DNA of 63,237 bases, the filler included, from Rhabdomonas costata (taxonomy: Eukaryota), in assembly GCA_019059605.1 (NCBI GenBank). It is 46 parts of 46 records of this genome, joined end to end, with 100 filler letters (N's around TTAATTAATTAA, not from the genome) between each part and the next. Parts side by side here need not be neighbours in the genome. Positions count along the whole stretch, not along the records: positions 38,560 to 39,838 come from JAHMHO010020943.1; positions 39,939 to 41,215 come from JAHMHO010020944.1; positions 41,316 to 42,592 come from JAHMHO010020945.1; positions 42,693 to 43,969 come from JAHMHO010020946.1; positions 44,070 to 45,346 come from JAHMHO010020947.1; positions 45,447 to 46,723 come from JAHMHO010020948.1; positions 46,824 to 48,100 come from JAHMHO010020949.1; positions 48,201 to 49,477 come from JAHMHO010020950.1; 38 more parts are not named here. The stretch is one strand, 5' to 3'. Shown here in pieces: positions 39,473 through 50,954 of the stretch. Below the pieces are notes generated by a model, which did no database searches, was not told the DNA's origin, and saw nothing but the letters and a program-made list of their open reading frames with translations. Each line of letters begins with the position of its first letter. Positions within the stretch are counted from its first letter, which is position 1. The position numbers were made by a program, and so were the translations under genes.

Positions 39473-41315
39473 TGCGTTCATATCGGCGCTTGCCCATTCA
39501 CAAATTCGAAGGAAAAGCTCAAACGCGCATCCCAAGAGCAGAAAGCCCACGTACTCTGAGGAAGAAGGACGTAGCTTCCTGAGCAGCTATAGGGCAGCGC
39601 GGGCAGGGGTGGAAAGCGGTAGTTGTGCGACAACTGCCCCTACTCTTGTGGCAATGCCGCAGCGAGGAACGGGGAAGGTGGTGCTATGTATGGCGGAAAA
39701 GTGGAGGGACTAGAGTCGATTGCACCCACGCACTGGGACTCCGCCTGATGTTAGGTGCAGGGCTGAAGGTCCCTGCTCAGCAATCAGATAGTGCTATTTG
39801 TAACACCCTTGCAATTCCCCCGGCCCCACACCCCACACNNNNNNNNNNNNNNNNNNNNNNNNNNNNNNNNNNNNNNNNNNNNTTAATTAATTAANNNNNN
39901 NNNNNNNNNNNNNNNNNNNNNNNNNNNNNNNNNNNNNNGGTTTTTGAGGAGGGTCCGCTCTTCCGTCTGTTTGCGGGTCAAGTCCTGACGTCACCTCGGC
40001 AGGGGTCTTCGATATCAAATGGCTCTGTTTGTGTGTCTGTTTCGCACATACTCCGTCCATCGACTCTACTACTTTTCCTTCACCCCAACTTCTGTTTTTG
40101 TTCCGGAACCCTCCCCACCCCAGCAGAGCGGTGCAGAGACACTCTGTCACGGCACTGTGCCGCACCCTGACCAGCATCAGGCAGATATGGCCTTGCTCGT
40201 GCGAAACAAAAGTTTGCAAAGAAACCTTTGCCTCTGCCCCAGAGTGACGTCGTTCCGACAGTGAGTTTCGATTGCGGATCCATTTCTGAGCAGCGAACAT
40301 TGCTGTTCAGGTTTCCTTAATGTAGTTAAGTCTCCGAGGGGGGGGGTATATTTCCGTTCTCGCACGCCCATGCCCCGCCTTGGTAGGTTCATGCCCGACT
40401 CCCTGTTTACGAAGGAGGACACCGAGGACTCCGCAGTGGCTGAGGCCGACGCCGCTGGGGTGCTGTCGCCCTCCTCGATGCTGTCTCCACCGCTGCCCGA
40501 CCCATCTCGAAAGGGCCGGCGGAGCGTGGGAGGGAGGAGTGCGGCCCGCTCTGCCTCGGCATGCTCCGCGGAGGAGGCGTTTGTGCCCCGAAGGAGCCGC
40601 TCTGGGTCTCTGAGCAAGGTGCACCCTCTCCCTCTTCTCCCTTTCTTTGAGGACCACAACTTGTATCAACACCCCAAGAAAAGTTTGCACCACACTGCCT
40701 GGCGATTCTCAACGAGTTCCGACCAATGTTTCCACAATTCGATCTGTATTGTCCAAGGGATAGGAAAAGACAGAACCTCCGCCCGGATTCCCTCCGCAAA
40801 GTGCGGAAGAAGAAAGAGGTGCTGATGAGTCCGCCCGGTCAGGACAAATCCAGTCGATTGCACCGGCTTTAACACTTGCCCCCCTCACACACTTTGGAAT
40901 GAGTGCCGACAGTTACGCTTATGGCGACAGCGTTTACTGCCTACTTAAGATCGCCTTGATTACCGCCTTTCCGGGCTGGTGGCACCCAAATGAAGGCGAT
41001 GCACCCATGCATCTGGTCACTTTGAACCCGTGAACCTGGAATCGGAGAGATCCAACTGAATAGCGGGACCGAGCTTGCAAGGACTTGTCTGAGCTGGCAA
41101 TTGTAGGTGTATTTTTTTTCTATTCTCCGCTTCTATGTGCCGTCGCACCCTAAAAGGCCCCGGGATGCCCCGGTGGCTGCCTCGAGACTCCCTTGAGCCC
41201 TAGCATGGTGGCCGGNNNNNNNNNNNNNNNNNNNNNNNNNNNNNNNNNNNNNNNNNNNNTTAATTAATTAANNNNNNNNNNNNNNNNNNNNNNNNNNNNN
41301 NNNNNNNNNNNNNNN

Positions 41316-41911
41316 TGAAAGAGACGCCCATGAAAATTGATATTTCTTTTGACACCGTGGGTTTTGTTAGGTGCGGTCAGGTGTCTTAAGGTGAGTTCTG
41401 AACTGGAGGGAAATCACTGCGCTTCAGACGTCCGCAGACTTTCACTTTTGGTTCGAACCTCTGAATTTTGCAGCTTGGTGGATTCGAAACCTGTGAGCAC
41501 ATCCGTGCCTGTGCTGTGGCATGGTCTTGCTCGGTGAACCTTTGGCGAACCTTTTCTGGGCAATGGAGCACACGGTGTCGTGTGGCTTTCTGTGTTTCGG
41601 CCGCGACCCTGGTTGCGTCCAACTTTGCGAATATTTGGACAGCAGTCGCTTTGGATTTCGGCTGTTGCAGGCGTGTTCTCTAGAATACCGTATGCCATGG
41701 ACGCTTCGGTGTCATGCTCTTCTTTGTTTCGTGCTGCTTTAGTTGGTTGAATTCAATCATCAATCCAGAATGCATGCAAATGCCTTATGTGATATCGACG
41801 GGGAACTCCATTGAAAGAGACGCCCATGAAAATTGATATTTCTTTTGACACCGTGGGTTTTGTTAGGTGCGGTCAGGTGTCTTAAGGTGAGTTCTGAACT
41901 GGAGGGAAATC
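41316..41911 (+). repeat. 100-bp exact direct repeat (41316-41415 / 41812-41911)
   Basis: TGAAAGAGACGCCC...GGAGGGAAATC occurs twice, 496 bp apart. Confidence 0.93.
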
Positions 41912-42399
41912 GCGGCGATATTGGATATTTTCCATCCCCCACAGGTTGATCGCCTTATCTCTGGGCTTGTTTTTACCTCTCCCCGCCCCCCGCAAAAAAA
42001 TTCGCCTGCGAAATTAAAATGGATACTATCCTTGCCTTGCCCATATTCCTGCTCCTGCTTGCTCACGTTTCCCCTCTGAGCCAGGCCCTCCTGCTAAGAG
42101 GACCGAATGCCACTGCATCCCGAGGTCGTTTTTTGTTCCCTTTGGGGGCGTAGGGATTGTTCTCCGGTGACAAAGGCAAAGGTTCCTGAGGACTCTCTCA
42201 TCTTACATTTTGCACAGAGCACAAGCGTTTCTCTTCGCACATGCCCGAATTAAAAATGCTCATCTTGCTCGTTTGCTGTCTGTCTCAAGCTATGGACGAA
42301 AAGAAAAGTGTACATAAAAACTGGTGAGCGTGTTTGACAGCCTGTTTGGCGTGCGGATCGGCACCCTGCGGCACTTAATGGGGAGGGAGTATTAAAGGG

Positions 42400-42592
42400 C
42401 AGTGGTTGTTATACGTTATACGTGTTCAACTCCTGCAAGGTCGCTAACTTTAGTGGAGCACCCCCCCCCGCCTCCACTGTACTTATTTTTCAGGCACAAA
42501 AATGGCCCTGTGCTTATCTCCTTTCTTGTTGTTTACAGAACGTGTAGCGTCCCTTGTAGGAGTTGAACACGTATAACGTATAACAACCACAC
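42400..42592. mobile_element. MITE-like element with 39-bp terminal inverted repeats
   Basis: 42402-42440 and 42552-42590 are inverted with 1 mismatch. The left end begins CAGTGG, as in hAT-type TIRs. Confidence 0.6.
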
Positions 42593-42692
42593 NNNNNNNN
42601 NNNNNNNNNNNNNNNNNNNNNNNNNNNNNNNNNNNNTTAATTAATTAANNNNNNNNNNNNNNNNNNNNNNNNNNNNNNNNNNNNNNNNNNNN

Positions 42693-43276
42693 TCGTAGTA
42701 TATTTCTTTTTCTTATACAATCAATAATTATGTTTCTTATCTGGTGTATCATTAACTATTTTCATATCAACATATTGAAGACGTAACGGTGGTTGCATTG
42801 TGTACAGGCACAATGTTAAGTACTGTTGATTTACTTTATTGTCATGAAGATTTTCAGTGAATTTTTGTTTGTATTCATCTCGTTTTTGTATTATTTCTTT
42901 AAATGTTACTTGATTTATTTCTCGTGATGGTGATAATGTTTGATACGCTTGTTGACTTTCGACTTGTTTCTGTATTTGCACTGATTCTTTAGAGAATTTC
43001 CTATATAATCTTGACTTTTTACTATTATAAACTTTAAATGCTTTCGCTAAAGAGCTTAGGTTAGCTTTTTTTGAAATAATATTTTCATACGTTTTATTTA
43101 TAAAATTGTATATCCTTTTGTGACTTTTTAAAATCCATTTAAAGTTATTTTTGTGATATGTAATTGTCAATCTGCGAGCCCATAACTTAAATCTGTATAT
43201 ATCATTAATATTAAACGTATCCAAATAATAAACATGATATAATTCTTGTATATCATGATTACATTACACATTTTTA
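42693..43276 (-). pseudogene. Viral tyrosine-recombinase-like gene, apparently disrupted
   Basis: AT-rich and intronless. LCLYTMQPPLRLQY resembles the LYTxxPPxR catalytic-Arg box of PLV/virophage recombinases. In-frame TGA at 42723-42721 and no in-frame ATG. Confidence 0.55.
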
Positions 43277-43324
43277 CAGGAAAAACAAAAAATTCTAAGA
43301 AATAAAAATATATAGTATTTTTAT

Positions 43325-43651
43325 ATGGAAAAAATTACACCTCAAAATTATGTCTTTAAACTTGGTAAATACAAAAACATGAAAGCAGTTGATGTTGCAA
43401 GATTAAAGACAGTAGATAAGAACGGTAAAGACAGAAATACAGGTAGATCTTATTTAGAATGGATTGTTAATCAAGATTGGTTTCATCATAAAGACATAAT
43501 ACAGAAAATTATTGATGCTGTAAAGGAAGAAGATCCAGACACAGAAGAGGAAATAGAAGATAAACCTAAAATAGAAAAGAAGAAGAAAAAAGAAGTAAAA
43601 ACAGTAAAAATTAGTGCAGCAGAACAGGATAAAACAATACATTTTCAGTGA
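43325..43651 (+). CDS. Small viral protein with F.xGKYK...YLEW motif (DUF3820/QSregVF_b-like) and charged tail
   Basis: Complete ATG-to-stop ORF with VFKLGKYKN...SYLEWIV and AT-rich codon use. Confidence 0.7.
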   Translation: MEKITPQNYVFKLGKYKNMKAVDVARLKTVDKNGKDRNTGRSYLEWIVNQDWFHHKDIIQKIIDAVKEEDPDTEEEIEDKPKIEKKKKKEVKTVKISAAEQDKTIHFQ

Positions 43652-43680
43652 AAAATAAATTGTTAGTTAAATAATATATA

Positions 43681-43926
43681 ATGGATCAGAATAATAAGAA
43701 GAAAAGAAAATATAGCGATATTGTTAATCAATTGCATGCTATTGATTTAAACATTAAACCAGTTGATTATCTGCCATGTGTGATTTGTAAGAATCGAGTA
43801 TATGAATACCGAATGTTTGAAAATAAAGATTTTGTTACATGCTGTTATGACTGCTTATCATTATTAGCACTATCAAAAAAAGAAGGATTATTACATGAAA
43901 GAAAAGATAAAACATCTTTTGAATAA
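43681..43926 (+). CDS. Small viral zinc-binding protein
   Basis: Complete ORF with CVIC...CCYDC and a basic KKKRK stretch, 29 nt after the previous gene. Confidence 0.65.
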   Translation: MDQNNKKKRKYSDIVNQLHAIDLNIKPVDYLPCVICKNRVYEYRMFENKDFVTCCYDCLSLLALSKKEGLLHERKDKTSFE

Positions 43927-43956
43927 TTAAAAGTTGTTCAAACAACTTTTAATTAT
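43923..43956 (+). terminator. Perfect AT-rich hairpin overlapping the stop codon
   Basis: ATAATTAAAAGTTGT-TCAA-ACAACTTTTAATTAT forms a 15-bp stem. Confidence 0.7.
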
Positions 43957-46616
43957 GATACAGTATAAANNNNNNNNNNNNNNNNNNNNNNNNNNNNNNN
44001 NNNNNNNNNNNNNTTAATTAATTAANNNNNNNNNNNNNNNNNNNNNNNNNNNNNNNNNNNNNNNNNNNNGAGGGGGGTGAGTGGTTCAGCGGCCACACGC
44101 AATGACCCACATTACGCCTCTGTAAGTGATAGAAGCTAGGTCACTTTGCCGAGTGGCAGGTGTCCTGCCTGTGTTTGTCGGTGGACTTGAAGGTTTCTTT
44201 TGATGTTGGTTTTCAATGTCATCTTGGTGTGCGCAGAGGATGCAATCGCAAAATTAAATGCATTTGTGGCTTTGTCGTGCATTGTTGAAGTGATAAACCA
44301 TGATGCGACAGTGGAAGCCACGCTTTGGAGACCGGCAATGTATTTTTGAATACAACAGAGCTCTCAGCTCAACTGCTTGTGGCTAGAAACGACTCTGCAT
44401 TGATATTTGTATGGAACTCATCTCCGCGCTCTCTCCTCAGAAACGCCTTAGTCTGGAAGTCCATCGCCATATGTGGATGGGTCTTTAAACCCTGAAATCC
44501 TACTAAACATCTCTCAACCTCTTATTTGGTCTGTGGAGGAAGATGATACTGATCTGGAACCTGAAACCAACCAACGCAAAGCTTCACAATAGTCTGCACC
44601 ATTAGTTCTGGGCAAAGATCCATCTGAGAGTGGTATGCTGTCCCTCTCATTTAGCAATGGGTCTGAATATGTAATTGTGATGGTTTTGGCTTCACAACAG
44701 GCTTCACTGGGTACTGACATGGATGACTTCGAGGGTACCTGAATATGGAACTGTGGAATAAATGGCTGGTGATGTGTCTTTCACCATGGTCCATCCGTCT
44801 GCATCCATTCATTTCTACCACTTCCACAACCGCAACGTACCTCTGCATGGTCACCAAAAACTACAAACACTACAGTTCGAGTCTTCGCATTAACTTTTTG
44901 GACCGCTCCAGCATATGTGGATGTGTATGATGACGGTTTGTTGCCAATTAAAATTATTTAACTGGGTCGTATGGCTTGGTTTAGGCTTCTGAAACTTGGA
45001 CGCCGGTATAGAACTGGCACCTGCCCACGTATGCTCGTAGACTGCTCCATGGACCTCGCTACACTTCTTTTTGGTTTCTGTAACCGAATGTTGTACCGAA
45101 GCTGGTCAACTTTGGAACTGTCCCGGGATCCTCCTTGAGAACTGCCCTCTTTGTTGAAGACAATGGCGTCGCTATGGCCACCACTGTCATCGTCTTATCG
45201 CCGCTGCTGTGCATTACATCCTCTGGTAGATTCCAGCAACCGTTACATACACATCTTTGTCTGTGGCAAAATCGATCCCAACGAATCTGCAACTGGTTGC
45301 TGTGGAGGGGTCTTCGGGGCTCAAGGGACGTACTTCACCACCAACCNNNNNNNNNNNNNNNNNNNNNNNNNNNNNNNNNNNNNNNNNNNNTTAATTAATT
45401 AANNNNNNNNNNNNNNNNNNNNNNNNNNNNNNNNNNNNNNNNNNNNGGGGGTTTGGGGAAATTCGATCGGAAAACGAATGCTATGGCCCAGCGGGGATGC
45501 GTTTACACGCAAATTCTTTTTTAGGAAGTTTGTTGGTGCAAATGCGCCTCATGAGTAGTGAACGTCCAAGTTTGGGAGCTGGGAGCTGGAGGCTGGACGG
45601 TTAACGGTGTTAAACCTTCAGTTTTCTTCTTTTGTTTTCTCCGCGCAAGCACAAGAGACGTTTAACACTTTTAAACGACAAAGGTCAAATTTTTGCAAGA
45701 CCCCCCCCCCAAGGCACGCTTCTGCCTGAGGAGTTACGAGACAGTGTCTGGGACGTTTGCTTACTGGGGTCTCCTTGAAGTGAATAGGCATCGCGCTAAA
45801 ACCACTGATCACCAAATCTTATCGAAATTCCAAGAATTCTAGGAGCGAAAGAGCTTTCTAAAGAACTGTTACAAAACAATTGTCGGTATGACTGCAGTTA
45901 CTCAACAGAGCAGCTGAAGTGATGCGCTCATCTCATCTCATTACAAAATAGACCACAGCGCACGACATCTTGTATACAACTTAGTGAGCGGCATGTATAA
46001 GTGTTCACAAGTGTATCTAATTCGTGTAAAAAAAAATGCAATACTTTCGGACACGTTTGCCGGCGTTGAATATGGTCGTAACCTGTAAGAACCTGTACGA
46101 GGGATTTTTAACAAGAAACGAATTGATGAAGCAGCGGTAATACAGGTGGCTGGGTAGGAGGGATTGTGACGCATTCCATTTCAAAGGTTTGGTTGTTTTG
46201 GGGTGTCCCCTTTTTTCCGTTCTCATCCATTTTACCCGACTCCGGCAGCACTCCTTTAAGGAACCCGTTTTGTTGCGTTGCGTCTTTCCCCGACATTCTG
46301 GGTTGGCTCAGGTCGGAGACATTGACTGGGCCGTTGCTGGGTATCGCGGAGCGGTGGCCGACATTGTTCCTGTCCCCGGCAACCTGGGAAAGGGCGCTCA
46401 GGTTCCGAGGGGGGGTGGTCCTCTTTAAGCTCCCGTCATTCTGACCCCTGTTCGTCCACCTCAGCTTGCACCTCACGTGTCCCTGTCATGATTTTTTTTA
46501 TCTTTTTAACGGCATGCGATGCGCGACAGTTGGATGGTGTTTATAACCTTAATTTACCGGAAAGTCTTGACTACGCCCAGATTTGCTTTGAACTTTGAAT
46601 TGAGTTTAGTTGTGAG

Positions 46617-46714
46617 GTGAGGTGAATAACTTTGAGTTGCCCCACATTGAACTTTGAACATTGAACTTCGACGTCAAATTTCAATGTGGGGCAACTCAAA
46701 GTTATTCACCTCAC
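46617..46714. repeat. Hairpin with 35-bp perfect arms at contig end
   Basis: 46617-46651 is the reverse complement of 46680-46714. Confidence 0.92.
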
Positions 46715-48427
46715 ACCCCAACCNNNNNNNNNNNNNNNNNNNNNNNNNNNNNNNNNNNNNNNNNNNNTTAATTAATTAANNNNNNNNNNNNNNNNNNNNN
46801 NNNNNNNNNNNNNNNNNNNNNNNTGGTTCCCATTGAGGACTTGGTGTACTTGGTGGTTACCTTTTAAGATATAAATGAAGACTGGCACTCGATTCGATGT
46901 AGAGTTCCTGTGTAACATTGGATTGTGGTTCTGCAATATGCACCAAACGAAAATGCAAGACGAGCCAATTTACCGGGGAATAGGCATGATAAGAGGGCGC
47001 GCGAAGCAGAAGTTTGACAGAGAAACGAGAGGAAGAGAACGAGAACGTGAGGGAATGAACAAGAGAGATCATCAGGGATCCAGGATCCGCGGGACCCGAC
47101 CTCCGGGGTCACCACTCACTTCTACATTTCTAAAAATTAGACAAGGCGCGAGAAAAGGACGAAGGATGAGGCTACGGAATTGGGATTCGGAGAGAGAGAT
47201 CGTGGAAATGACGGAAAGAACGAAGAAGATCACGAATGGAGCGGCACTGTTGGACTGACGTTCAGTGAGCATCTTTGAGAACTACACTGGCTGGGTGCGC
47301 TCAGACTTTGCAAGACGTAACTGGCGTAACTGACATAACTGGAGGACCGTGCAATTCGACGAGATGAGTAACTAACTGTAAAAGCCAGAGTCTGCTCCAA
47401 GGCATGCCCAGATACTGACACTGCGATCTTTAGGACGTGGTTGAGGCCCAACACCGATGGTGCCCTCCTGGGATTCAAGATGGCTCGTTTTTCTTTTTAC
47501 GTCCGGCAGCAAATTCTCGCTTGCATATGTGTGTGGAGTGATTTCCGGTCTCTTTACGATTGCTTTGTGTGCTGAGAACTGGACACTGCGGGGTTTGCGC
47601 TTTTTGCCTCATCTTGTTTCGCAGAGAGAAATCCTGCTATCACCAACCGCGGCGTGACCCACACAGGTACGCGAGCTTCTTCACGCGCATTTTCACACGA
47701 ATGAATCACCATTGCAATTCTTGGAGAGCTTCGAGCTTCGAGCATCTTGTTGAAGTGACCTCCCAAGGTGTGGAGGTCATTGAAGCCATAGCCTCCCATT
47801 TCGTTACCTCTTGCGCGTATGATGATATGCGCAATGATCTTATCTCTGCCTCCAAGCGACACTTGCTTATATCGTTTCCTTACATAAGGGATCACGCGTG
47901 CCTCTCGTCGGCATATGGTTCTGATTCCGTCCTTGATAAACAGCTATGGAGCTATGGAGCTAAGGAATAGTTACGAGCTGCACAGCAAGGTGAGTGGCTC
48001 TGCGTCGTCATTTAATGTGAACATAATTTGGTTGGGAATGAGATTGTTCATATCTGTCGTTATTTACCCGCTTTGTTTTGCTCAGTGGACCACACCCCAC
48101 NNNNNNNNNNNNNNNNNNNNNNNNNNNNNNNNNNNNNNNNNNNNTTAATTAATTAANNNNNNNNNNNNNNNNNNNNNNNNNNNNNNNNNNNNNNNNNNNN
48201 GGGTGGTGGGAAACGATATCCGAAGAAGCATCATACAACAGTGGGGCAATTTACGTGGAGTGAAGATCCGTATGCTACCACACATGCAAACATTCAGGAC
48301 AGCTAACTTTGCACACAATACATCGTCTCGGAGCGCATCTTACCGGAGGGGCGGGGGTAATGCTTCAATTTGGTGGCAGGGAGAAAAGCAGCGCCTGCAT
48401 CAAAAGAAGGAACTCCGTGTCGCGCAC

Positions 48428-48800
48428 CTTCGGTGTGAAGGAAGTCCAGGCCTTGCAAAGTCTGCTCGAGGTACATCCGGAGCTCCCCCACGCCAACCTT
48501 CCCAGCGTAACTCAAAAGCTGCTGTAAGGAACTTTGCAGATGCTGTTCAAAGAATGACCAGCACGATAAAGTGCACGTAAGGAACCTGGGCTTCGAAAAA
48601 AAAAACTCAAAAATCACTCCGCAAATCTCGTACTGGGTCCTCTGGTACTGCAACTTTGGGCACCGCTGCGATCAAAAGGCATAAAGAAGCAGGCCCACCT
48701 CCATAACGAGCAGTACGCGCAGGCCATCTGCATAGTACACCAGGTCATGGAGCAGCACGACGTTCGGGTGGCCCAACTGAAGCTTTTGTAAAGCTTCCTC
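48428..48800 (-). CDS. Ser/Thr protein kinase, subdomains III-VIa; exons 48800-48699 and 48542-48428
   Basis: EEALQKLQLGHPNVVLLHD...LLVME|HLQSSLQQLL...YLEQTLQGLDFLHTEG, with canonical splice sites in phase. Confidence 0.85.
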
Positions 48801-49953
48801 CTGCAACACATTTGCGCACAATATCACCACGTAGTACCGCCTCAGGGTACTATGGACCTAGATTAAGACTTGCCTTCTTCCCGTGTTGTTCTCCTTGCTG
48901 CTTCGCTAACATCCGCTTCAGTCAGCCATTCAGTCCATTCGTCCTCTGATTCGAGTTGCCCCCTTTCCCCCTCATCAATGCGTTTCTGTCGCCTTCCAAT
49001 ATTTCCTCGATCTAAACTCTCGGCCCCACACACCAAATGACAGCTCGATATGTCATCCTTCCCCATTCCAAAGATCTCTCATTTTTCGCGCTCCAGATGG
49101 CCCCCCCGGCCTCCAAAAACCTCGGAGGAAAGCGCTCTATGCATATCCACTTTCAGTGAAGGGGGTAGCGACCATTCCTCATTTGATACCTGCAAATTGC
49201 TCACTCGCTCGCTTCTATCGTGCATTGAACAACACCGAATGTGATAATTTCCCCCTTAATTCGGTGACTATTTCTTCTCTCCGCATTCACTGTCCCATGG
49301 CATGCATCACTCAGCAGTATTAGCTCCATTGCTCAACTTTAAGATGAAAACGTGGCGCACACATCAAGGCTCACCACACCTACACCATACACGAGGGCCT
49401 TGTGGAACCACTCGATCTCTTTGATTGCAAGCTGGTTTCCCGTGACTTCCTCTACAGCGCTGTACACAACTCCGGTGNNNNNNNNNNNNNNNNNNNNNNN
49501 NNNNNNNNNNNNNNNNNNNNNTTAATTAATTAANNNNNNNNNNNNNNNNNNNNNNNNNNNNNNNNNNNNNNNNNNNNTGTTTTGGTTGGTTTTGAGGTTT
49601 AAGCTCCAGTGAAGGACTTTCCATTTCCGGGAAGCGGCCGAGGTGTGACGAGGTTGGTTGCAAATCAAATCTGCAGGCGAAGACAAAAGTTTGGGGTTCT
49701 CTCTCTTCCCCCCCTTTCCCTCTCTTTCCTCCACAGCTTCACCGGCGGATTCAGCTGTGGTGGAACGTGGGCGGTGACGAGCGGCTCGCCCAAATCGACC
49801 CCGCGGACTACATCTGGGGGCACGCCCACCCCCCACTTTCCTTGCGTGGCGTTTTTTATTTCTGGTGAAAATTTGAGTCGATTTATCGATTGGCAAATGG
49901 AGGGTGATGGCATGTCCATTCACATCCTCCATCAAACGTTTGATCATAATCAG

Positions 49954-50239
49954 CGAGGCCGATGTGTACAGTGGAACGACGTTTGACTGCAACCTGGCCA
50001 CTGGAGGATCCTCCAAAATAATGGTGGGCACCGAAGAAGGGGCTGCCCTGCTGTGCTCCCGCAGAGCAAGGACTCCTCAAGATCGGGTGAGCCTAGTCTA
50101 TCCTGGTCATCTGGGACCAGTTTACTCTGTAGAAAGGAACCTGAGTTGTCCAAAGTATTTTCTGATGGTTGGTGACTGGCGAGTTAATCTCTGGATGGAA
50201 GAGCTTCGTACTCCCATCCTGACTACCAAATTCGACGAT
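49954..50239 (+). CDS. DNAI2: Axonemal outer-arm dynein intermediate chain 2 (WD40) exon
   Basis: SKIMVGTEEGAALLCSRRARTPQDRV...GHLGPVYSVERN...PKYFLMVGDWRVNLWMEELRTPILTTKF matches the DNAI2/IC2 pattern. Confidence 0.8.
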
Positions 50240-50742
50240 TAAGACAATTTTGTGGTCATCCAACAAAAACAACATGTTCCTGCGAAGTCTGAAGAATAGA
50301 AGGGTTGCTTTCCTTTGAATGCGGGCAAAGATTTTAATTGACGCCTAGTCTGATGAAGGAGTCAGTGAGGGCGAGATATTATTCTTTCACCTCTTTTCGC
50401 TGCTCAAAAAATAGAGTCAAAACACAACATCTACGACTCCGAGCTTCTTGTGCCGCGTGGTGACCATTGCACAGCGAATAATTGTTTGCCCATGATTTGG
50501 ATGCCAACTGATTTTCAAAAATTCCAAGACAATGTGGCAAGTAGTGAGCAGTGGACAGGTGTTGTTTTTCATTTTCTCATCATCCTCTCAACTTCCATCT
50601 CCCCTCAGGCGGGAAGGTGGTCTGGCAGTTCCTCGCGAGGAGAGGACCTTCTTCCCCAGCTACTATGAGAGAGGTGTGCCCTGTTCACTCCCATCCGCAG
50701 ATTTTTGTTGTGTTGAGATCTTTCACGAATGCCAGTCTTTTA

Positions 50743-50848
50743 GTTTATTTCCTTCCTTCCTTCCTTCCTTCCTTCCGACTCTGAACATTTGCCGCAGGGT
50801 GAATGTTCAGAGTCGGAAGGAAGGAAGGAAGGAAGGAAGGAAATAAAC
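50743..50848. repeat. Hairpin with ~47-bp arms containing (CCTT)n/(AAGG)n
   Basis: GTTTATTT(CCTT)nCCGACTCTGAACATT, a 12-nt loop, then the reverse complement. Confidence 0.9.
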
Positions 50849-50954
50849 AAAAACNNNNNNNNNNNNNNNNNNNNNNNNNNNNNNNNNNNNNNNNNNNNTT
50901 AATTAATTAANNNNNNNNNNNNNNNNNNNNNNNNNNNNNNNNNNNNNNNNNNNN

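Noticed and set aside
40818-40864. Hammerhead-like GGTG-CTGATGA-GTCC..GGAC-A-AATC..GATT-G-CACC
   Set aside because: The stems exist, but the GAAA core is incomplete and the cleavage-site base would be G. Likely chance or inactive.
41333-41340. AAAATTGA mimivirus early promoter motif
   Set aside because: Host-like context with no downstream ORF. An 8-mer like this is expected by chance.
45151-45346. Possible RNase H-like remnant (IHIFVCGKIDP...GCCGGVF) of a decayed retroelement
   Set aside because: The catalytic Asp is absent and no RT motif is visible. Too weak to call.
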